A stretch of 64,000 nucleotides of DNA from Candidatus Entotheonellaceae bacterium (GTDB lineage Bacteria > Tectomicrobia > Entotheonellia > Entotheonellales > Entotheonellaceae), in contig OZ250173.1 in NCBI GenBank assembly GCA_965238075.1, positions 2,880,001 through 2,944,000 on the forward strand, in the 5' to 3' direction. Below the pieces are notes generated by a model, which saw only the letters and a program-made list of their open reading frames with translations, did no database searches and had not been told where the DNA came from. The position numbers and the translations under genes were made by a program. Positions 8,570-20,235 of this stretch are shown here, one piece after another (the first letter of the stretch is position 1; each line of letters opens with the position of its first letter).

Positions 8570-9289
8570 ATGAACGTGAAAGCAACGCTGACTCAAAAAC
8601 GTGTCGCGGGGCTTATTCCGGCTGCCGGCAGTGGCGTCCGGATGGGTGGGGACATTGCGAAGCCGTTTTTGCAACTCGGCGGGCGAGAGATATTGGCCCG
8701 CACGTTGGACGTTTTTGAACGTTCTGCGGTTATCGATGAGTTATGGGTTGTCGTTGCGGCCAAAAATGTTTCTGCTTGCCAACAGGGAATCATCAAACGT
8801 TATGGATTCCGTAAAGTGCGCGACGTCGTGGCAGGGGGAGCGAGTCGCCAGGAATCGGTTTGGCGTGGTCTGCAGCGGATCGATGCGGCGGTTGACCTCG
8901 TGGTGGTTCATGATGGCGTGCGCCCTTTTGTAACGGAGGCGGTTTTGCAAGAAACGCTGGGTTGTGCCGCACAGCACGGTGCCGCCGTGGCAGCCGTGCC
9001 GCTGCGAGATACGCTGAAGCGCATCTCCGAAGGGGGAGTAGTTGAAGCAACGATCCCGCGGGAAAATTTGTGGCGTACGCAGACGCCGCAGGCATTTCAG
9101 CGGCATCTCCTGATGTCGGCGTATCGTCAGGCTTGGGAGCGAGGCGTGTGTGCGACAGATGACGCCGGTCTGCTCGAATCGATAGGACATCCGGTGAAAG
9201 TGGTCTCGGGGCTGGAAAGCAACATCAAGATTACGACCCCGGAAGACTTGATTTTCAGCGAAGGGTTGCTGCGCACCCCGCGTCAGTGA
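8570..9289 (+). CDS. ispD: 2-C-methyl-D-erythritol 4-phosphate cytidylyltransferase
   Basis: IPAAGSGVRMG, GG.SRQESV, VHDGVRP, QTPQAF, TDDA, NIKITTPEDL. Confidence 0.95.
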   Translation: MNVKATLTQKRVAGLIPAAGSGVRMGGDIAKPFLQLGGREILARTLDVFERSAVIDELWVVVAAKNVSACQQGIIKRYGFRKVRDVVAGGASRQESVWRGLQRIDAAVDLVVVHDGVRPFVTEAVLQETLGCAAQHGAAVAAVPLRDTLKRISEGGVVEATIPRENLWRTQTPQAFQRHLLMSAYRQAWERGVCATDDAGLLESIGHPVKVVSGLESNIKITTPEDLIFSEGLLRTPRQ

Positions 9290-9298
9290 GGGAGGGGC

Positions 9299-9790
9299 AT
9301 GCGAATAGGGTTCGGCTACGATGCGCACCGGCTGGTCCCTGACGCCGCCTTGGTGTTGGGCGGCGTGCCCATTCATCATGAATTTGGCCTGCAAGGACAC
9401 TCTGACGCGGACGTTGTTGTGCATGCGCTGTGCGACGCCATGCTTGGAGCAGCCGCACTTGGCGATATAGGCCAACATTTCCCAAGCACGGACGAACGTT
9501 GGCGAGGAGTTTCCAGTCTCACTATCCTGAAAGCCGTAACACGATTGCTGGCGGAAAACCACCACACGCTGGGGAACGCCGATATCACGATTGTGGCCCA
9601 ACGTCCTCGACTGGCTCCCTACCTTCCGCGCATGGCGGCAACGCTCGCTGCCACCGTACATGCCGAGCCTGCGCAACTGAGCGTCAAGGCTACCACGACG
9701 GACGGACTGGGTTTTCCCGGAATGGAGATGGGCATAGCGGCATACGCGGTTTGTCTTGTATGGCCGTTACAGGCTGCTGCATCCTCTTAA
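9299..9790 (+). CDS. ispF: 2-C-methyl-D-erythritol 2,4-cyclodiphosphate synthase
   Basis: RIGFGYDAH, GHSDADV..HA.CDA.LGA..LGDIG.HFP, VKATT. Confidence 0.95.
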   Translation: MRIGFGYDAHRLVPDAALVLGGVPIHHEFGLQGHSDADVVVHALCDAMLGAAALGDIGQHFPSTDERWRGVSSLTILKAVTRLLAENHHTLGNADITIVAQRPRLAPYLPRMAATLAATVHAEPAQLSVKATTTDGLGFPGMEMGIAAYAVCLVWPLQAAASS

Positions 9791-9806
9791 TGTGGACGAC
9801 GGGACG

Positions 9807-10562
9807 ATGGCGGAAGAGACTTTGTACGGTTTCCATGCCGTTATCGGAGCCCTGAAAAATGAGCAGCGGCATGTATCGAAAGTTGTGGTCGATGAACGCC
9901 GCCGCGGTGGCGCAGTGCATCAGATCCTGGCACTGACTGAACAGCGTGGCATCGCCCTTGAGCTCGCCAACCGGGCGCAATTGAACCACTTACTTGGGCA
10001 TACGAGACATCAAGGGGTTGCCGCCCTTGCCGAGTCGTTGGGGTATGATTCTTTCAGGCAGGTAAGTGAACGCGTCGAAGATATCGCAGGGCCTCAAACG
10101 CTTCTGGTGCTTGACGGCGTGACAGATGTCGGCAATTTCGCGTCTCTCATACGGTCGGCCGTTGCTTTTGGTGTGGCTACGATTGTAATACCGAGTAATC
10201 GCTCCGTTGCTTTGACATCCGCAGTCGCCAAGCGGTCGTCCGGCGCGATTGAACGGGTATCAATAGTCCGAGTGGTCAACATTGCAAATACGCTCGACGA
10301 ACTGAAACAGCGAGGCTTCTGGATTTATGGTGCCGGGATGACAGCAGAACTACGGGTCGCTCAGGTTCAGTGGCCGGAACGCCTTGCAATTGTTCTGGGC
10401 GCTGAGGGAAGCGGTATGCGCCGGCTCGTGCGTAAACGCTGTGATGCCTTGATACGCATACCGATGCACCCAGGCAGCAACTCGCTCAACGTCGCCGTAG
10501 CAGGCGCCATCGTTCTTGCTTATGCTTGGGAACAACGTTGCGCTGTCGGTTCGGTACCTTGA
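9807..10562 (+). CDS. rlmB: 23S rRNA Gm2251 methyltransferase (SpoU family)
   Basis: LYG.HAV, HQGV, LD.VTD.GN...IRSA, LGAEG.G, IPM....SLNVAVA. Confidence 0.9.
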   Translation: MAEETLYGFHAVIGALKNEQRHVSKVVVDERRRGGAVHQILALTEQRGIALELANRAQLNHLLGHTRHQGVAALAESLGYDSFRQVSERVEDIAGPQTLLVLDGVTDVGNFASLIRSAVAFGVATIVIPSNRSVALTSAVAKRSSGAIERVSIVRVVNIANTLDELKQRGFWIYGAGMTAELRVAQVQWPERLAIVLGAEGSGMRRLVRKRCDALIRIPMHPGSNSLNVAVAGAIVLAYAWEQRCAVGSVP

Positions 10563-10685
10563 CGGCGCGGAGCTGACCAACGGGGATTCTTGGTGTTGCG
10601 AGGTTACCTGCCTCCGTCAGAAATTGGTTTGCGCGGCTCTTGTGTTAGGATTGACGCAATATCCGAAAGCTGCGCCATACCTCCA

Positions 10686-10714
10686 TTGACACAAGGGACC
10701 ATTTTGTTTATCTT
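10686..10714 (+). promoter_or_regulatory. Sigma-70 promoter of the tRNA-tuf operon
   Basis: TTGACA-17 bp-TATCTT, about 45 bp before tRNA-Thr. Confidence 0.65.
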
Positions 10715-10758
10715 ACCTCTTCGCTCTTTCCTGGCTGTCGCATGAGGATGCCCTCTCC

Positions 10759-10830
10759 GCCGATGTAGCTCAATGGCAGAGCAGCCGATTTGTAATCGGC
10801 AGGTTGGAGGTTCAACTCCTCTCATCGGCT
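10759..10830 (+). tRNA. tRNA-Thr(TGT)
   Basis: Cloverleaf; GCCGATG/CATCGGC acceptor stem, anticodon loop TTTGTAA; CCA not encoded. Confidence 0.95.
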
Positions 10831-10882
10831 CCTGTTTGTACCCATCTTCACATATTGCATATTGTTCAACGCATGCGTTCTT

Positions 10883-10965
10883 GGGGAGGTTCCCGAGCGG
10901 TCAAAGGGGACAGACTGTAAATCTGTTGGCTGATGTCTTCGGAGGTTCGAATCCTCCCCTCCCCA
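10883..10965 (+). tRNA. tRNA-Tyr(GTA)
   Basis: GGGGAGG/CCTCCCC acceptor stem, loop CTGTAAA, long variable arm, TTCGAAT. Confidence 0.95.
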
Positions 10966-10994
10966 TTGGATGATGTGGGTGTTGGCGACACGTT

Positions 10995-11068
10995 GCGGGA
11001 ATAGCTCAGTTGGCTAGAGCATCAGCCTTCCAAGCTGAGGGTCGCGGGTTCGAGTCCCGTTTCCCGCT
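10995..11068 (+). tRNA. tRNA-Gly(TCC)
   Basis: GCGGGAA/TTCCCGC acceptor stem, loop CTTCCAA. Confidence 0.95.
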
Positions 11069-11098
11069 TTCTTATTGTGTGATGTCGTTTCGGTGAAC

Positions 11099-11171
<73 letters not shown>

Positions 11172-11253
11172 CCTTTTCGCAGCCACTGTAGATTATTTTC
11201 TGCATTGTAATTTCTGGAACACAGCATATTCGACACAGAGGGGGATTGAGTTA

Positions 11254-12447
11254 ATGTCGAAGGCGAAATTCAAGCGTAGCAAGCCGCACGTCAACGTCGG
11301 GACGATCGGTCACGTAGACCACGGCAAGACGACGCTCACGTCTGCCATAACGCAGGTACTGGCAGCGCAAGGCAAGGCGGACTATGTGCCCTTTGACCAG
11401 ATCGACAAGGCGCCCGAGGAAAAAGCCCGCGGCATCACCATTGCTACTGCACACGTGGAATACGAAAGCGAGAACCGCCACTACGCCCACGTCGATTGTC
11501 CGGGTCACGCCGACTACGTGAAGAACATGATCACGGGTGCAGCGCAGATGGACGGGGCGATCTTGGTGGTGAGTGCCGCCGATGGCGCGATGCCGCAGAC
11601 GCGCGAGCATATCCTGTTGGCGCGTCAGGTTGGGGTGCCCTACATCGTGGTGTTCATGAACAAAGTGGACATGGTGGACGATGAAGAGTTGCTGGACTTG
11701 GTGGAGTTGGAGTTGCGGGAGTTGCTTAGCAAGTACGAATTTCCTGGCGACGACATTCCGATTATCCGGGGCAGTGCACTGCAGGCCTTGGAGAGTGGCG
11801 ATCCGAGTGCTTCGGAGAGCGCTTGCGTCTTTGAGTTAATGGGTGCGATTGATGAATACGTGCCGACGCCGCAGCGCGCCATAGACCGGCCGTTTCTGAT
11901 GCCCGTGGAGGACGTATTCACGATATCGGGTCGAGGGACGGTGGCGACGGGTCGTATTGAGCGTGGCGTGGTGACGGTAGGCGACGATGTGGAGATCGTG
12001 GGGATGAAGGAGACGCACAAGACGGTGGCGACGGGCGTGGAGATGTTTCGGAAGATATTGGACCGTGGCGAGGCAGGTGATAACATAGGGGTATTGTTGC
12101 GCGGTGTGAAGCGCGATGAGATAGAGCGTGGTCAGGTATTGGCGAAGCCGGGTTCGATTACGCCACACACGCGTTTTCAGGCAGAGGTGTACGTGTTGTC
12201 GAAAGACGAGGGAGGTCGTCACACGCCGTTTTTCAATGGCTACCGGCCGCAGTTTTACTTTCGCACGACGGATGTGACGGGTGTGGTGACATTGCCCTCG
12301 GGTACGGAGATGGTGATGCCTGGGGACAACGTTGGCGTGGAGGTGGAGTTAATCACGCCGATTGCTTTGGAGAAAGAGTTGCGCTTTGCGATCCGTGAGG
12401 GCGGCCGGACGGTAGGGGCGGGCGTCGTTAGTGAAATACTGGCGTAG
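11254..12447 (+). CDS. tuf: Elongation factor Tu (copy 1)
   Basis: [28 protein letters not shown]. Confidence 0.99.
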   Translation: MSKAKFKRSKPHVNVGTIGHVDHGKTTLTSAITQVLAAQGKADYVPFDQIDKAPEEKARGITIATAHVEYESENRHYAHVDCPGHADYVKNMITGAAQMDGAILVVSAADGAMPQTREHILLARQVGVPYIVVFMNKVDMVDDEELLDLVELELRELLSKYEFPGDDIPIIRGSALQALESGDPSASESACVFELMGAIDEYVPTPQRAIDRPFLMPVEDVFTISGRGTVATGRIERGVVTVGDDVEIVGMKETHKTVATGVEMFRKILDRGEAGDNIGVLLRGVKRDEIERGQVLAKPGSITPHTRFQAEVYVLSKDEGGRHTPFFNGYRPQFYFRTTDVTGVVTLPSGTEMVMPGDNVGVEVELITPIALEKELRFAIREGGRTVGAGVVSEILA

Positions 12448-12528
12448 CTTTCTTCTAGCTTTGTGATCACGTTGGTGAGTAATCGCCTCTTGGTGTGGAT
12501 GTGCCTGGAGATAACGTAAGGAGTACCC

Positions 12529-12678
12529 GTGCGAGATTTGGCTACTTTGGCGTGTGTCGAATGCAGGCGCCGCAACTACACGACGACGAAAAATAAGCGA
12601 CGCACTCCTCAGAGATTCGAGTTCAAAAAATACTGCCGCTTTTGTCGTCAGCATCAGCTCCATAGGGAAACGAGGTAA
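12529..12678 (+). CDS. rpmG: 50S ribosomal protein L33 (four-Cys type; absent from the ORF track)
   Basis: Manual translation [49 protein letters not shown]. Confidence 0.95.
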   Translation: MRDLATLACVECRRRNYTTTKNKRRTPQRFEFKKYCRFCRQHQLHRETR

Positions 12679-12721
12679 GCTGAACGTCAAGTTGCGGGGA
12701 AATTGGGAATCTCAAAACTGT

Positions 12722-12794
12722 AGGCCAGTAGCTCGAACGGTAGAGCACCGGACTCCAAATCCGGGTGATGGGGGTTCGAATCCCTCCTGGCCTG
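12722..12794 (+). tRNA. tRNA-Trp(CCA)
   Basis: AGGCCAG/CTGGCCT acceptor stem, loop CTCCAAA; usual position before secE. Confidence 0.95.
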
Positions 12795-12922
12795 CTTGAA
12801 TTAAAGAAACAGTGTGTGGTTCCCTGTAGCAAACAAATCGCACAGGCGACCAAAGAAAACGCGTCCGCCCTTACTATTTTCGCTGGCTAAGATACCCTCG
12901 TGCTACACTAAAGGTTGCTGCT

Positions 12923-13144
12923 GTGTTTGAGGCCTACATTCAGCGGTACGTTCGAGATGTATATGGCAAAAGTTTCCAATTCTTTCGGGATGTGCGCTCT
13001 GAACTGAGAAAAGTCACATTCCCTAATCGAAAAGAGACAATCGCATCCACGTTGGTTGTTATTACGGTTGTTTTCATCATTGCCCTATACCTCGGCATAG
13101 TAGATTTCATCCTTTCAATGGCTTTAGGCAATCTTCTCAATTAG
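12923..13144 (+). CDS. secE: Preprotein translocase subunit SecE
   Basis: ELRKVTFP.RKE motif plus one TM helix; precedes nusG. Confidence 0.92.
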   Translation: MFEAYIQRYVRDVYGKSFQFFRDVRSELRKVTFPNRKETIASTLVVITVVFIIALYLGIVDFILSMALGNLLN

Positions 13145-13164
13145 TCCATGTAGGACGAGCCGCT

Positions 13165-13695
13165 ATGAGCAAGCACTGGTATGTTATCCATACATATTCC
13201 GGCCACGAGAATAAAGTTAAGGCTAGTCTTGAAGAACGTCTGAATTCGAGAGGATTGCTTGAACGAGTTGGACAGATTCTGGTGCCAGCAGAGGATGTTG
13301 TTGAAATCAAAGGCGGCAAACGCAAAATATCGTCACGGAAATTCTTTCCAGGATACGTGCTGATTGAGGCGGAGATAGATGACGAAGTTTGGTACGCAAT
13401 CAAAGATACCCCAAAGGTCACCGGATTTCTGGGGGGCGGAAAAGACCCAACGCCTTTGTCGGAGGAAGAAGTAGCTTACATTTGGAATCAGATCAGCAGC
13501 GAAACTTCAGAACCAAAGCCCAAAGTGATTTTTGGGTTGGGTGAGAATGTGCGCGTGACCGATGGGCCATTCACAAACTTTACCGGCGTGATCGGAGAGG
13601 TGCATCCTGAGCGTGGCAAGCTCAAAGTGATGGTCAGTATATTCGGACGTTCTACGCCGGTTGAGTTGGAATTCTTACAGGTGGAATCGATCTGA
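13165..13695 (+). CDS. nusG: Transcription termination/antitermination factor NusG
   Basis: WYVIHTYSGHE, FFPGYVL, KOW motif. Confidence 0.98.
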   Translation: MSKHWYVIHTYSGHENKVKASLEERLNSRGLLERVGQILVPAEDVVEIKGGKRKISSRKFFPGYVLIEAEIDDEVWYAIKDTPKVTGFLGGGKDPTPLSEEEVAYIWNQISSETSEPKPKVIFGLGENVRVTDGPFTNFTGVIGEVHPERGKLKVMVSIFGRSTPVELEFLQVESI

Positions 13696-13717
13696 GATAA
13701 ATACAGATTTTAACCAA

Positions 13718-13781
13718 TATGCTTGATGGCGCATGAACGTTGCCACGGTTATGCTTGATGGCGCATGAACGTTGCCACGGT
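13718..13781 (+). repeat. Exact 32-bp tandem duplication in the nusG-rplK spacer
   Basis: TATGCTTGATGGCGCATGAACGTTGCCACGGT at 13718-13749 and 13750-13781. Confidence 0.95.
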
Positions 13782-13794
13782 AAGGAAATAGTAG

Positions 13795-14220
13795 ATGGCG
13801 AAACAGGTTGTAACGAAAATAAAACTGCAGGTGCCCGCTGGCCAAGCCAACCCTTCCCCTCCAGTGGGCCCCGCATTGGGTCAGCATGGTGTGAATATCA
13901 TGGAGTTTTGCAAGGCATTCAACGCCCACACTCAGGCCCAGGCCGGCATGATTACTCCGGTGGTTGTGACCGTGTACGCCGATCGTTCGTTTTCGTTCAT
14001 TACAAAGTCTCCTCCCGCCGCTGAATTGATAAAGCAGGCGGCCGGGCTTGCCAAGGGAGCGTCGACACCGAATCGGGAAAAGATTGGACAAGTGACAACA
14101 ATGCAGCTGCAGCAGATCGCTGAAACCAAGCAAGCTGACCTTAATGCGAATACTGTTGAGGCCGCAATACAGATTATCGCTGGGACAGCGCGCAGCATGG
14201 GCGTTGAGGTCGTCGATTGA
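13795..14220 (+). CDS. rplK: 50S ribosomal protein L11
   Basis: [23 protein letters not shown]. Confidence 0.98.
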   Translation: MAKQVVTKIKLQVPAGQANPSPPVGPALGQHGVNIMEFCKAFNAHTQAQAGMITPVVVTVYADRSFSFITKSPPAAELIKQAAGLAKGASTPNREKIGQVTTMQLQQIAETKQADLNANTVEAAIQIIAGTARSMGVEVVD

Positions 14221-14243
14221 CATTTAATGAGGGGACACGTCGC

Positions 14244-14948
14244 ATGGCGCAGCGGAGCAAGAATCTCGATAATGCACGGAAGAAGCTTGACAAAACGCAA
14301 AAATATGAGTTGCGGGAAGCGTTGGGTTTGGTGCAGGACATGGCTTTCGCCAAGTTTGATGAAACCATCGAGATAGCGGTGCGACTTGGTGTGAACCCTC
14401 GCCATGCGGATCAGATGGTGCGGGGCGGGGTTGTGTTGCCTCATGGCGTTGGCAAGGTTCCACGCGTTGTGGTGTTTGCCAAAGGCGACAAGGAGCGAGA
14501 GGCGGTAGAGGCAGGCGGCGACTTCGTTGGCGGGGAAGACCTTGCCCAGAAAATAGCCGGTGGTTGGCTGGATTTTGATCGCACGGCAGCAACCCCTGAC
14601 ATGATGGCGGTTGTTGGCAAATTAGGCAAAATTTTGGGTCCGCGCGGACTGATGCCTAACCCAAGGACAGGTACGGTTGACCTCGACATCGGCCGCGTGG
14701 TTCGAGAGATCAAATCGGGCAAAGTGGAATTCCGTGTTGATCGTGCCGGTATTATTCACGTGGGCATTGGGAAGGTCAGTTTTTCTCTTGATTCCTTGGA
14801 GGAAAACGCCCGCACGCTTCTGGACACCCTGGTGCGGGTGAAACCGAACACCAGCAAGGGCAAATACATGCGCACCATTTCTTTGTCATCGACGATGGGT
14901 CCAGGCGTCAAGGTGGATGAGGTCGCTATGGGCAATGCGCTACGGTAG
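14244..14948 (+). CDS. rplA: 50S ribosomal protein L1
   Basis: [21 protein letters not shown]. Confidence 0.98.
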   Translation: MAQRSKNLDNARKKLDKTQKYELREALGLVQDMAFAKFDETIEIAVRLGVNPRHADQMVRGGVVLPHGVGKVPRVVVFAKGDKEREAVEAGGDFVGGEDLAQKIAGGWLDFDRTAATPDMMAVVGKLGKILGPRGLMPNPRTGTVDLDIGRVVREIKSGKVEFRVDRAGIIHVGIGKVSFSLDSLEENARTLLDTLVRVKPNTSKGKYMRTISLSSTMGPGVKVDEVAMGNALR

Positions 14949-14997
14949 GTTGCATGCAGTAGAAGGCGAACTAGCAAAGTGACGTGGAGAGGGTTGC

Positions 14998-15537
14998 GTG
15001 GCTGAGAAAACGATAAGCGAAACAAAGATAGAGAAAGTAAAGTTCTTGCAGGCCAAGCTTGCCGATGCCAAGGCAGCAATTTTATCCGATTACTGCGGAT
15101 TGAACGTTCAAGAGATGTCAGAGCTCCGCGGCATGTTGCGAAAGGCCGATGTCGAACTGTACGTCGTGAAGAATACTCTGGCACGGCGCGCAGTTGAATC
15201 CACGCATCTTAAGCCGCTGGCTGAGTATATTAAAGGCCCGACCGCTGTCGCCTTAACGATTGACGATGCTGTGGGCATGGCCAAGATCCTAACCGAATAC
15301 ACCAAGAAAGAGCCTAAACTAGACATTCGGGTTGGGATTATGGAAGGGCGAGTGCTGACAGCGGAACAGCTTACTCAGGTGGCGGAGTTGCCGCCGCGGG
15401 AAGTACTTTTAGCTCAAATGCTTGGTGCCATGCAGAATCCCCTATCCGGTTTTGTTGGGGTGCTGCACGGGGTGCTGCGACAATTGCTTTATGCCCTCGT
15501 TGCGATTAAGGACGCGAAAGGGCAGACGGGCGATTGA
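14998..15537 (+). CDS. rplJ: 50S ribosomal protein L10
   Basis: VVKNTLARRA, GPTA, LP.REVLLAQ; synteny. Confidence 0.95.
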   Translation: MAEKTISETKIEKVKFLQAKLADAKAAILSDYCGLNVQEMSELRGMLRKADVELYVVKNTLARRAVESTHLKPLAEYIKGPTAVALTIDDAVGMAKILTEYTKKEPKLDIRVGIMEGRVLTAEQLTQVAELPPREVLLAQMLGAMQNPLSGFVGVLHGVLRQLLYALVAIKDAKGQTGD

Positions 15538-15582
15538 GGCGGCTTTATATAGTGACTTTGGAATGTGATCACGGAGGAAAAG

Positions 15583-15963
15583 ATGGCTGTCACGAAAGAA
15601 GAAGTGCTTGATTACATAGACAACATGACCGTTCTTGAGATGTCGGAATTAGTGAAGGAGTTGGAAGAGAAATTTGGGGTGTCAGCGGCGGCCCCAATGT
15701 TTGCCATGCCCGCTGCGGGTGGCGCGGCGGTCGAAGAGGCCGCGGCCGAGAAGACCGAATTCGACGTCGTCCTTATCGGTATTGGGGACAAGAAAATCCA
15801 AGTCATCAAGGAGGTTCGGTCAATCACCGGTCTCGGTTTGAAGGAGGCTAAGGCTTTGGTGGATGAAGCCCCCAAACCCGTTAAGGAAGGGATTACGAAA
15901 GAAGAAGCCGAAACCGTCAAATCACAGTTGGAAGAAGTGGGTGCGCAAGTTGAGGTGAAGTGA
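15583..15963 (+). CDS. rplL: 50S ribosomal protein L7/L12
   Basis: [29 protein letters not shown]. Confidence 0.98.
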   Translation: MAVTKEEVLDYIDNMTVLEMSELVKELEEKFGVSAAAPMFAMPAAGGAAVEEAAAEKTEFDVVLIGIGDKKIQVIKEVRSITGLGLKEAKALVDEAPKPVKEGITKEEAETVKSQLEEVGAQVEVK

Positions 15964-16036
15964 GATTTCGCAGGCTGAGGGCTTTGATTGAGAAGTTCTA
16001 CGGATTTGTTTCATTTTCACCTGTGAGGGGAGACCT

Positions 16037-19000
16037 GTGACCGTACGAGATAAATCGAAGGCTAACGGAAATAGCCGTCGGGAGCGACGGGATTTCGCAC
16101 GCATTCCCACGATTATCGATCTTCCCAACCTCATAGAGGTGCAGCAGAAATCCTACTCGCGCTTTCTGCAGCAGGAGCGCCCTCCCATGGATCGAGAAGA
16201 TCGTGGTTTGGAAGCGGTCTTCAGAAGCGTATTTCCCATTGAGGACTTCAACGGCACCTCCACACTGGAATACGTGGGTTATGAAATTGGGATGTGGGAG
16301 TCTAAGGAGGGCGAATACAAAGGGCTTGGTGGCAGTGGCGTGGTGAGTCAGAGCACCCGTCAGCCCCTCTCCTATCATTCCAAGTACGATTTAGGGGAAT
16401 GTCGGCAGAAGGGCATAACCTATGCAGACCCCTTACGTGTTTTGGTGCGTTTGGTGGTGCGTGAAAAAGGCAACAGTAGCGAACCCGCGGTCATTCGTGA
16501 TGTGAAGGAGCAGAAAGTATATCTCGGGGAAGTGCCGCTGATGACGGAACATGGCACTTTCGTCATCAATGGCACGGAGCGTGTCATTGTGAGCCAATTG
16601 CATCGTTCGCCCGGTGTGTTTTTTGCGCAGGAAAAGGGGCGCAGCAGTGGCAGCGGCAAACCGCTATACGTGGCGCGGATCATTCCCTACCGCGGTTCGT
16701 GGCTTGACTTTGAGTTTGATCTCAAAGATCACTTGTACGTTCGTATCGATCGACGTCGGAAACTGCCTGTTACTATTCTTCTGCGAGCCCTAGGCCTGTC
16801 TTCAAGAGAAATTCTCCAAACTTTCTATCAGCATGAATCCGTACGTTACGACCCTGGGCGCGATGTTTTCTACAAAGAGGTGTCGGAGTTGACACTGCAG
16901 CAGCAGAGTCCAGAGGACGTGTTGGATCCGAATTCCGGTGAAGTAATCATTCGTGCCGGGCGGCGTATTTCACGTAGCGCCTTACGCCGATTGCAAAATA
17001 GTGAGGTTGAGGAGATTCCGACCATTGAAGAATGGCTCGTAAATCGGGTCGCGGCAGAAGACATCATCGATCCAGTCACGGGCGAAGTTTTGTATGAACT
17101 GAATCACGAGCTGACCTCGGACGATTTGGCGCAATTGAAGGCGAAGGGCGTCACGGATTTCCGGCTACTTTTTCTGGAGCCGTTGTCCGCTGATGTCTCG
17201 CTCCGTCTCACGCTTATGGCAGACCGCCTTGAGACGAAAGAGGAGGCGCTACTAGAAATTTATAAACGCTTGCGACCTGGTGACATCCCAACGAAGGACA
17301 CCGCGCGCCTATTTTTTAACAACCTCTTCTTTAACGCCAAACGTTACGACCTCTCGAGAATAGGCCGTTTGAAGCTAAATACGAAGCTAGGTCTTGATTT
17401 GTCGCTTGAGACGCGCATGTTGACGCAGCAAGATGTGATTGAGGTGGTTAGATACCTCCTGGCGTTGCGCCAAGGTAGCGGTACGGTTGACGATATCGAT
17501 CATTTAGGTAATCGTCGCGTGCGTTCCGTCGGTGAATTGCTTGAAAACCAGTTGCGGATAGGTCTAGTACGAATGGAACGCGCCGTTCGTGAACGGATGA
17601 GTATCCAGGATCTTGAGACAGCGATGCCGCATGACCTGATCAACTCAAAGCCAGTGACGGCGGCAGTAAAGGAGTTTTTTGGTAGTAGCCAGTTGTCTCA
17701 ATTCATGGATCAGACCAACCCGTTGTCAGAAATTACCCACAAGCGTCGCTTGTCGGCTTTGGGGCCGGGAGGCCTGACGAGAGACCGAGCAGGTTTTGAA
17801 GTTCGAGATGTCCACCCAACACATTACGGACGCATTTGTCCCATTGAAACTCCCGAGGGGCCCAATATCGGACTGATCGCCTCACTCAGCACGTATGCAC
17901 GGGTGAATCGTTTCGGTTTCATCGAGACACCGTACCGTAAGGTGGAACAAGGCCGTGTGACGGATGAAATTAAATACTTATCGGCCATTGAGGAGGATCA
18001 GTACGTAATCGCTCAGGCGAATGCAGAAGTAACGGAAAAGGGAGAATTTGTTCAAGATCTGATATCGGCGCGCAGAGGGGGCGAGTTCGTTCTAACTCCA
18101 CCGAGCAAAATCAATTTTATGGATGTGTCGCCGAAACAGCTCGTCAGCGTCGCGGCTTCTTTGATCCCCTTTCTGGAAAACGACGATGCGAACCGGGCCT
18201 TGATGGGCTCTAACATGCAACGTCAGGCCGTCCCCCTTTTGCAGACCGAGTCTCCAATTGTTGGGACGGGAATGGAAACAATTGCCGCGCGTGATTCGGG
18301 TGCTGTCGTTTTGGCGAAGGCGGCGGGCGAGGTGGTCAACGTTGATGCGACGCGCATCGTCGTACGGGTGGATGAGGATGATGAAGGAGGAAATACCCGA
18401 GTCGACATCTACTCCCTGGTGAAATACCAACGGTCCAACCAAAGCACCTGTATCAACCAACGCCCCATTGTGGATTTAGGACAACGCGTCAGCAAGGGCG
18501 AAGTGCTGGCCGATGGCCCGTCAACTGAATTCGGTGAATTGGCGCTTGGCCGCAACGTGCTGGTAGCCTTCATGCCTTGGGGCGGGTACAACTTCGAAGA
18601 TGCGATTGTCATCAGCGAACGCGTTGTCAAAGAAGACGTTTTTACTTCGATACATATTGAAGAGTTTGACGTTGAAGCGTGTGACACCAAGCAGGGCAAA
18701 GAGGAGATCACCCGAGACATCCCAAACGTAGGCGAGGAGGCGCTGGCGAATCTCGATGAGAGCGGCATCGTTCGGATTGGCGCCACCGTTACGCCCGGAG
18801 ACATATTGGTTGGAAAGATTACTCCGAAGGGTGAGACGCAACTGAGTCCTGAGGAGAAACTTCTTAAGGCCATCTTCGGCGAGAAGGCTGGAGATGTGCG
18901 GGATACGTCGCTGACCGTGCCCCCAGGCGTGGAGGGCACGATAGTTGGGGTGCGAGTGTTTTCACGCCGTGGGGCCGACAAAGACGAACGCATGCAATTT

Positions 19001-20131
19001 ATTGAAGATGAAGACGTGGTCCGTATCGAAAAGGATATTTACGACGAAATCAAAATCGTCGCGGAAGAGCGGGACAAGAAAATTCGCCGTCTCCTTTTAG
19101 GCAAGACGGCCATCATCGCTGATGTGTCTAATGGCAAGGCAAATCGGCGGGCCTCCAAAGGTACGAAACTCACGGAGAAGGCGTTGGCCAAATTGTCCGG
19201 CAAAGCGCTTTTGGACGTCCGAGTCAAGGAGTCAGATCTTGTTCATGAACGGATGCTTGAGGTAACTGAAGCGGCGGAGCGGCAACTTGATGATCTGAAG
19301 AGGACGGCAGAAGAAAAAATCGTCAAACTCCGCCGGGGTGATGAATTGCCGCCGGGCGTTATCAAGATGGTCAAGGTCTACGTCGCCATGAAGCGCAAGT
19401 TAAGCGTCGGGGACAAGATGGCCGGTCGGCACGGAAACAAGGGTGTGGTGTCAATTATTGTGCCCGAAGAAGATATGCCTTACATGGCCGATGGCACCCC
19501 GATTGATCTCATTCTGAATCCCCTTGGCGTGCCGTCGCGCATGAATGTTGGGCAAATTCTTGAAACCCATTTGGGATGGGCCGTACAGAAATTGGATGTG
19601 GCAGTGTCAACGCCGGTATTCGACGGAGCAACGGAAAAGAACATCAAAGACGCGTTGGTACAGGCTGATTTACCGGAAAACGGCCGTGTAGAATTGTTTG
19701 ACGGGAAGTCTGGCGTTCCATTCGATCAGAAAGTTGTCGTCGGTCAGATTTATATGATGAAGCTTCATCACCTCGTTGACGATAAAATTCATGCCCGCTC
19801 GACCGGACCATACTCCCTGGTAACGCAACAACCATTAGGTGGCAAGGCGCAGTTCGGCGGACAGCGTTTGGGTGAAATGGAAGTATGGGCGCTCGAAGCT
19901 TATGGCGCTGCCCGTACCTTGCAGGAGATGCTTACTGTCAAGTCGGATGACGTTGCCGGGCGTACACGAATGTATGAAGCTATTGTTAAGGGTGAAAATA
20001 CCCTAGAAGCAAGTTTGCCCGAATCGTTTAATGTTCTTGTGAAGGAATTGCAGAGTTTGGCTCTTGATGTCGAGTTACTTGAGGCTAGCGAGGTACCGCA
20101 GGACGACCAGTGGGAAGAAATGTCTGAGTAA
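16037..20131 (+). CDS. rpoB: RNA polymerase beta subunit
   Basis: [31 protein letters not shown]. Confidence 0.99.
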   Translation: MTVRDKSKANGNSRRERRDFARIPTIIDLPNLIEVQQKSYSRFLQQERPPMDREDRGLEAVFRSVFPIEDFNGTSTLEYVGYEIGMWESKEGEYKGLGGSGVVSQSTRQPLSYHSKYDLGECRQKGITYADPLRVLVRLVVREKGNSSEPAVIRDVKEQKVYLGEVPLMTEHGTFVINGTERVIVSQLHRSPGVFFAQEKGRSSGSGKPLYVARIIPYRGSWLDFEFDLKDHLYVRIDRRRKLPVTILLRALGLSSREILQTFYQHESVRYDPGRDVFYKEVSELTLQQQSPEDVLDPNSGEVIIRAGRRISRSALRRLQNSEVEEIPTIEEWLVNRVAAEDIIDPVTGEVLYELNHELTSDDLAQLKAKGVTDFRLLFLEPLSADVSLRLTLMADRLETKEEALLEIYKRLRPGDIPTKDTARLFFNNLFFNAKRYDLSRIGRLKLNTKLGLDLSLETRMLTQQDVIEVVRYLLALRQGSGTVDDIDHLGNRRVRSVGELLENQLRIGLVRMERAVRERMSIQDLETAMPHDLINSKPVTAAVKEFFGSSQLSQFMDQTNPLSEITHKRRLSALGPGGLTRDRAGFEVRDVHPTHYGRICPIETPEGPNIGLIASLSTYARVNRFGFIETPYRKVEQGRVTDEIKYLSAIEEDQYVIAQANAEVTEKGEFVQDLISARRGGEFVLTPPSKINFMDVSPKQLVSVAASLIPFLENDDANRALMGSNMQRQAVPLLQTESPIVGTGMETIAARDSGAVVLAKAAGEVVNVDATRIVVRVDEDDEGGNTRVDIYSLVKYQRSNQSTCINQRPIVDLGQRVSKGEVLADGPSTEFGELALGRNVLVAFMPWGGYNFEDAIVISERVVKEDVFTSIHIEEFDVEACDTKQGKEEITRDIPNVGEEALANLDESGIVRIGATVTPGDILVGKITPKGETQLSPEEKLLKAIFGEKAGDVRDTSLTVPPGVEGTIVGVRVFSRRGADKDERMQFIEDEDVVRIEKDIYDEIKIVAEERDKKIRRLLLGKTAIIADVSNGKANRRASKGTKLTEKALAKLSGKALLDVRVKESDLVHERMLEVTEAAERQLDDLKRTAEEKIVKLRRGDELPPGVIKMVKVYVAMKRKLSVGDKMAGRHGNKGVVSIIVPEEDMPYMADGTPIDLILNPLGVPSRMNVGQILETHLGWAVQKLDVAVSTPVFDGATEKNIKDALVQADLPENGRVELFDGKSGVPFDQKVVVGQIYMMKLHHLVDDKIHARSTGPYSLVTQQPLGGKAQFGGQRLGEMEVWALEAYGAARTLQEMLTVKSDDVAGRTRMYEAIVKGENTLEASLPESFNVLVKELQSLALDVELLEASEVPQDDQWEEMSE

Positions 20132-20235
20132 CCGCTTCACCATCACGTGCCAATCTGCCTCAATTTGTTGAGACGTTACGTCGTCCAGTTGCTGTATGGA
20201 CGCAAATTCTGACACCTGCTGAAGGAGGCCCGCCT

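Noticed and set aside
13718..13781. CRISPR-like repeat (32-bp unit)
   Set aside because: Two directly abutting copies, no spacer, no cas genes
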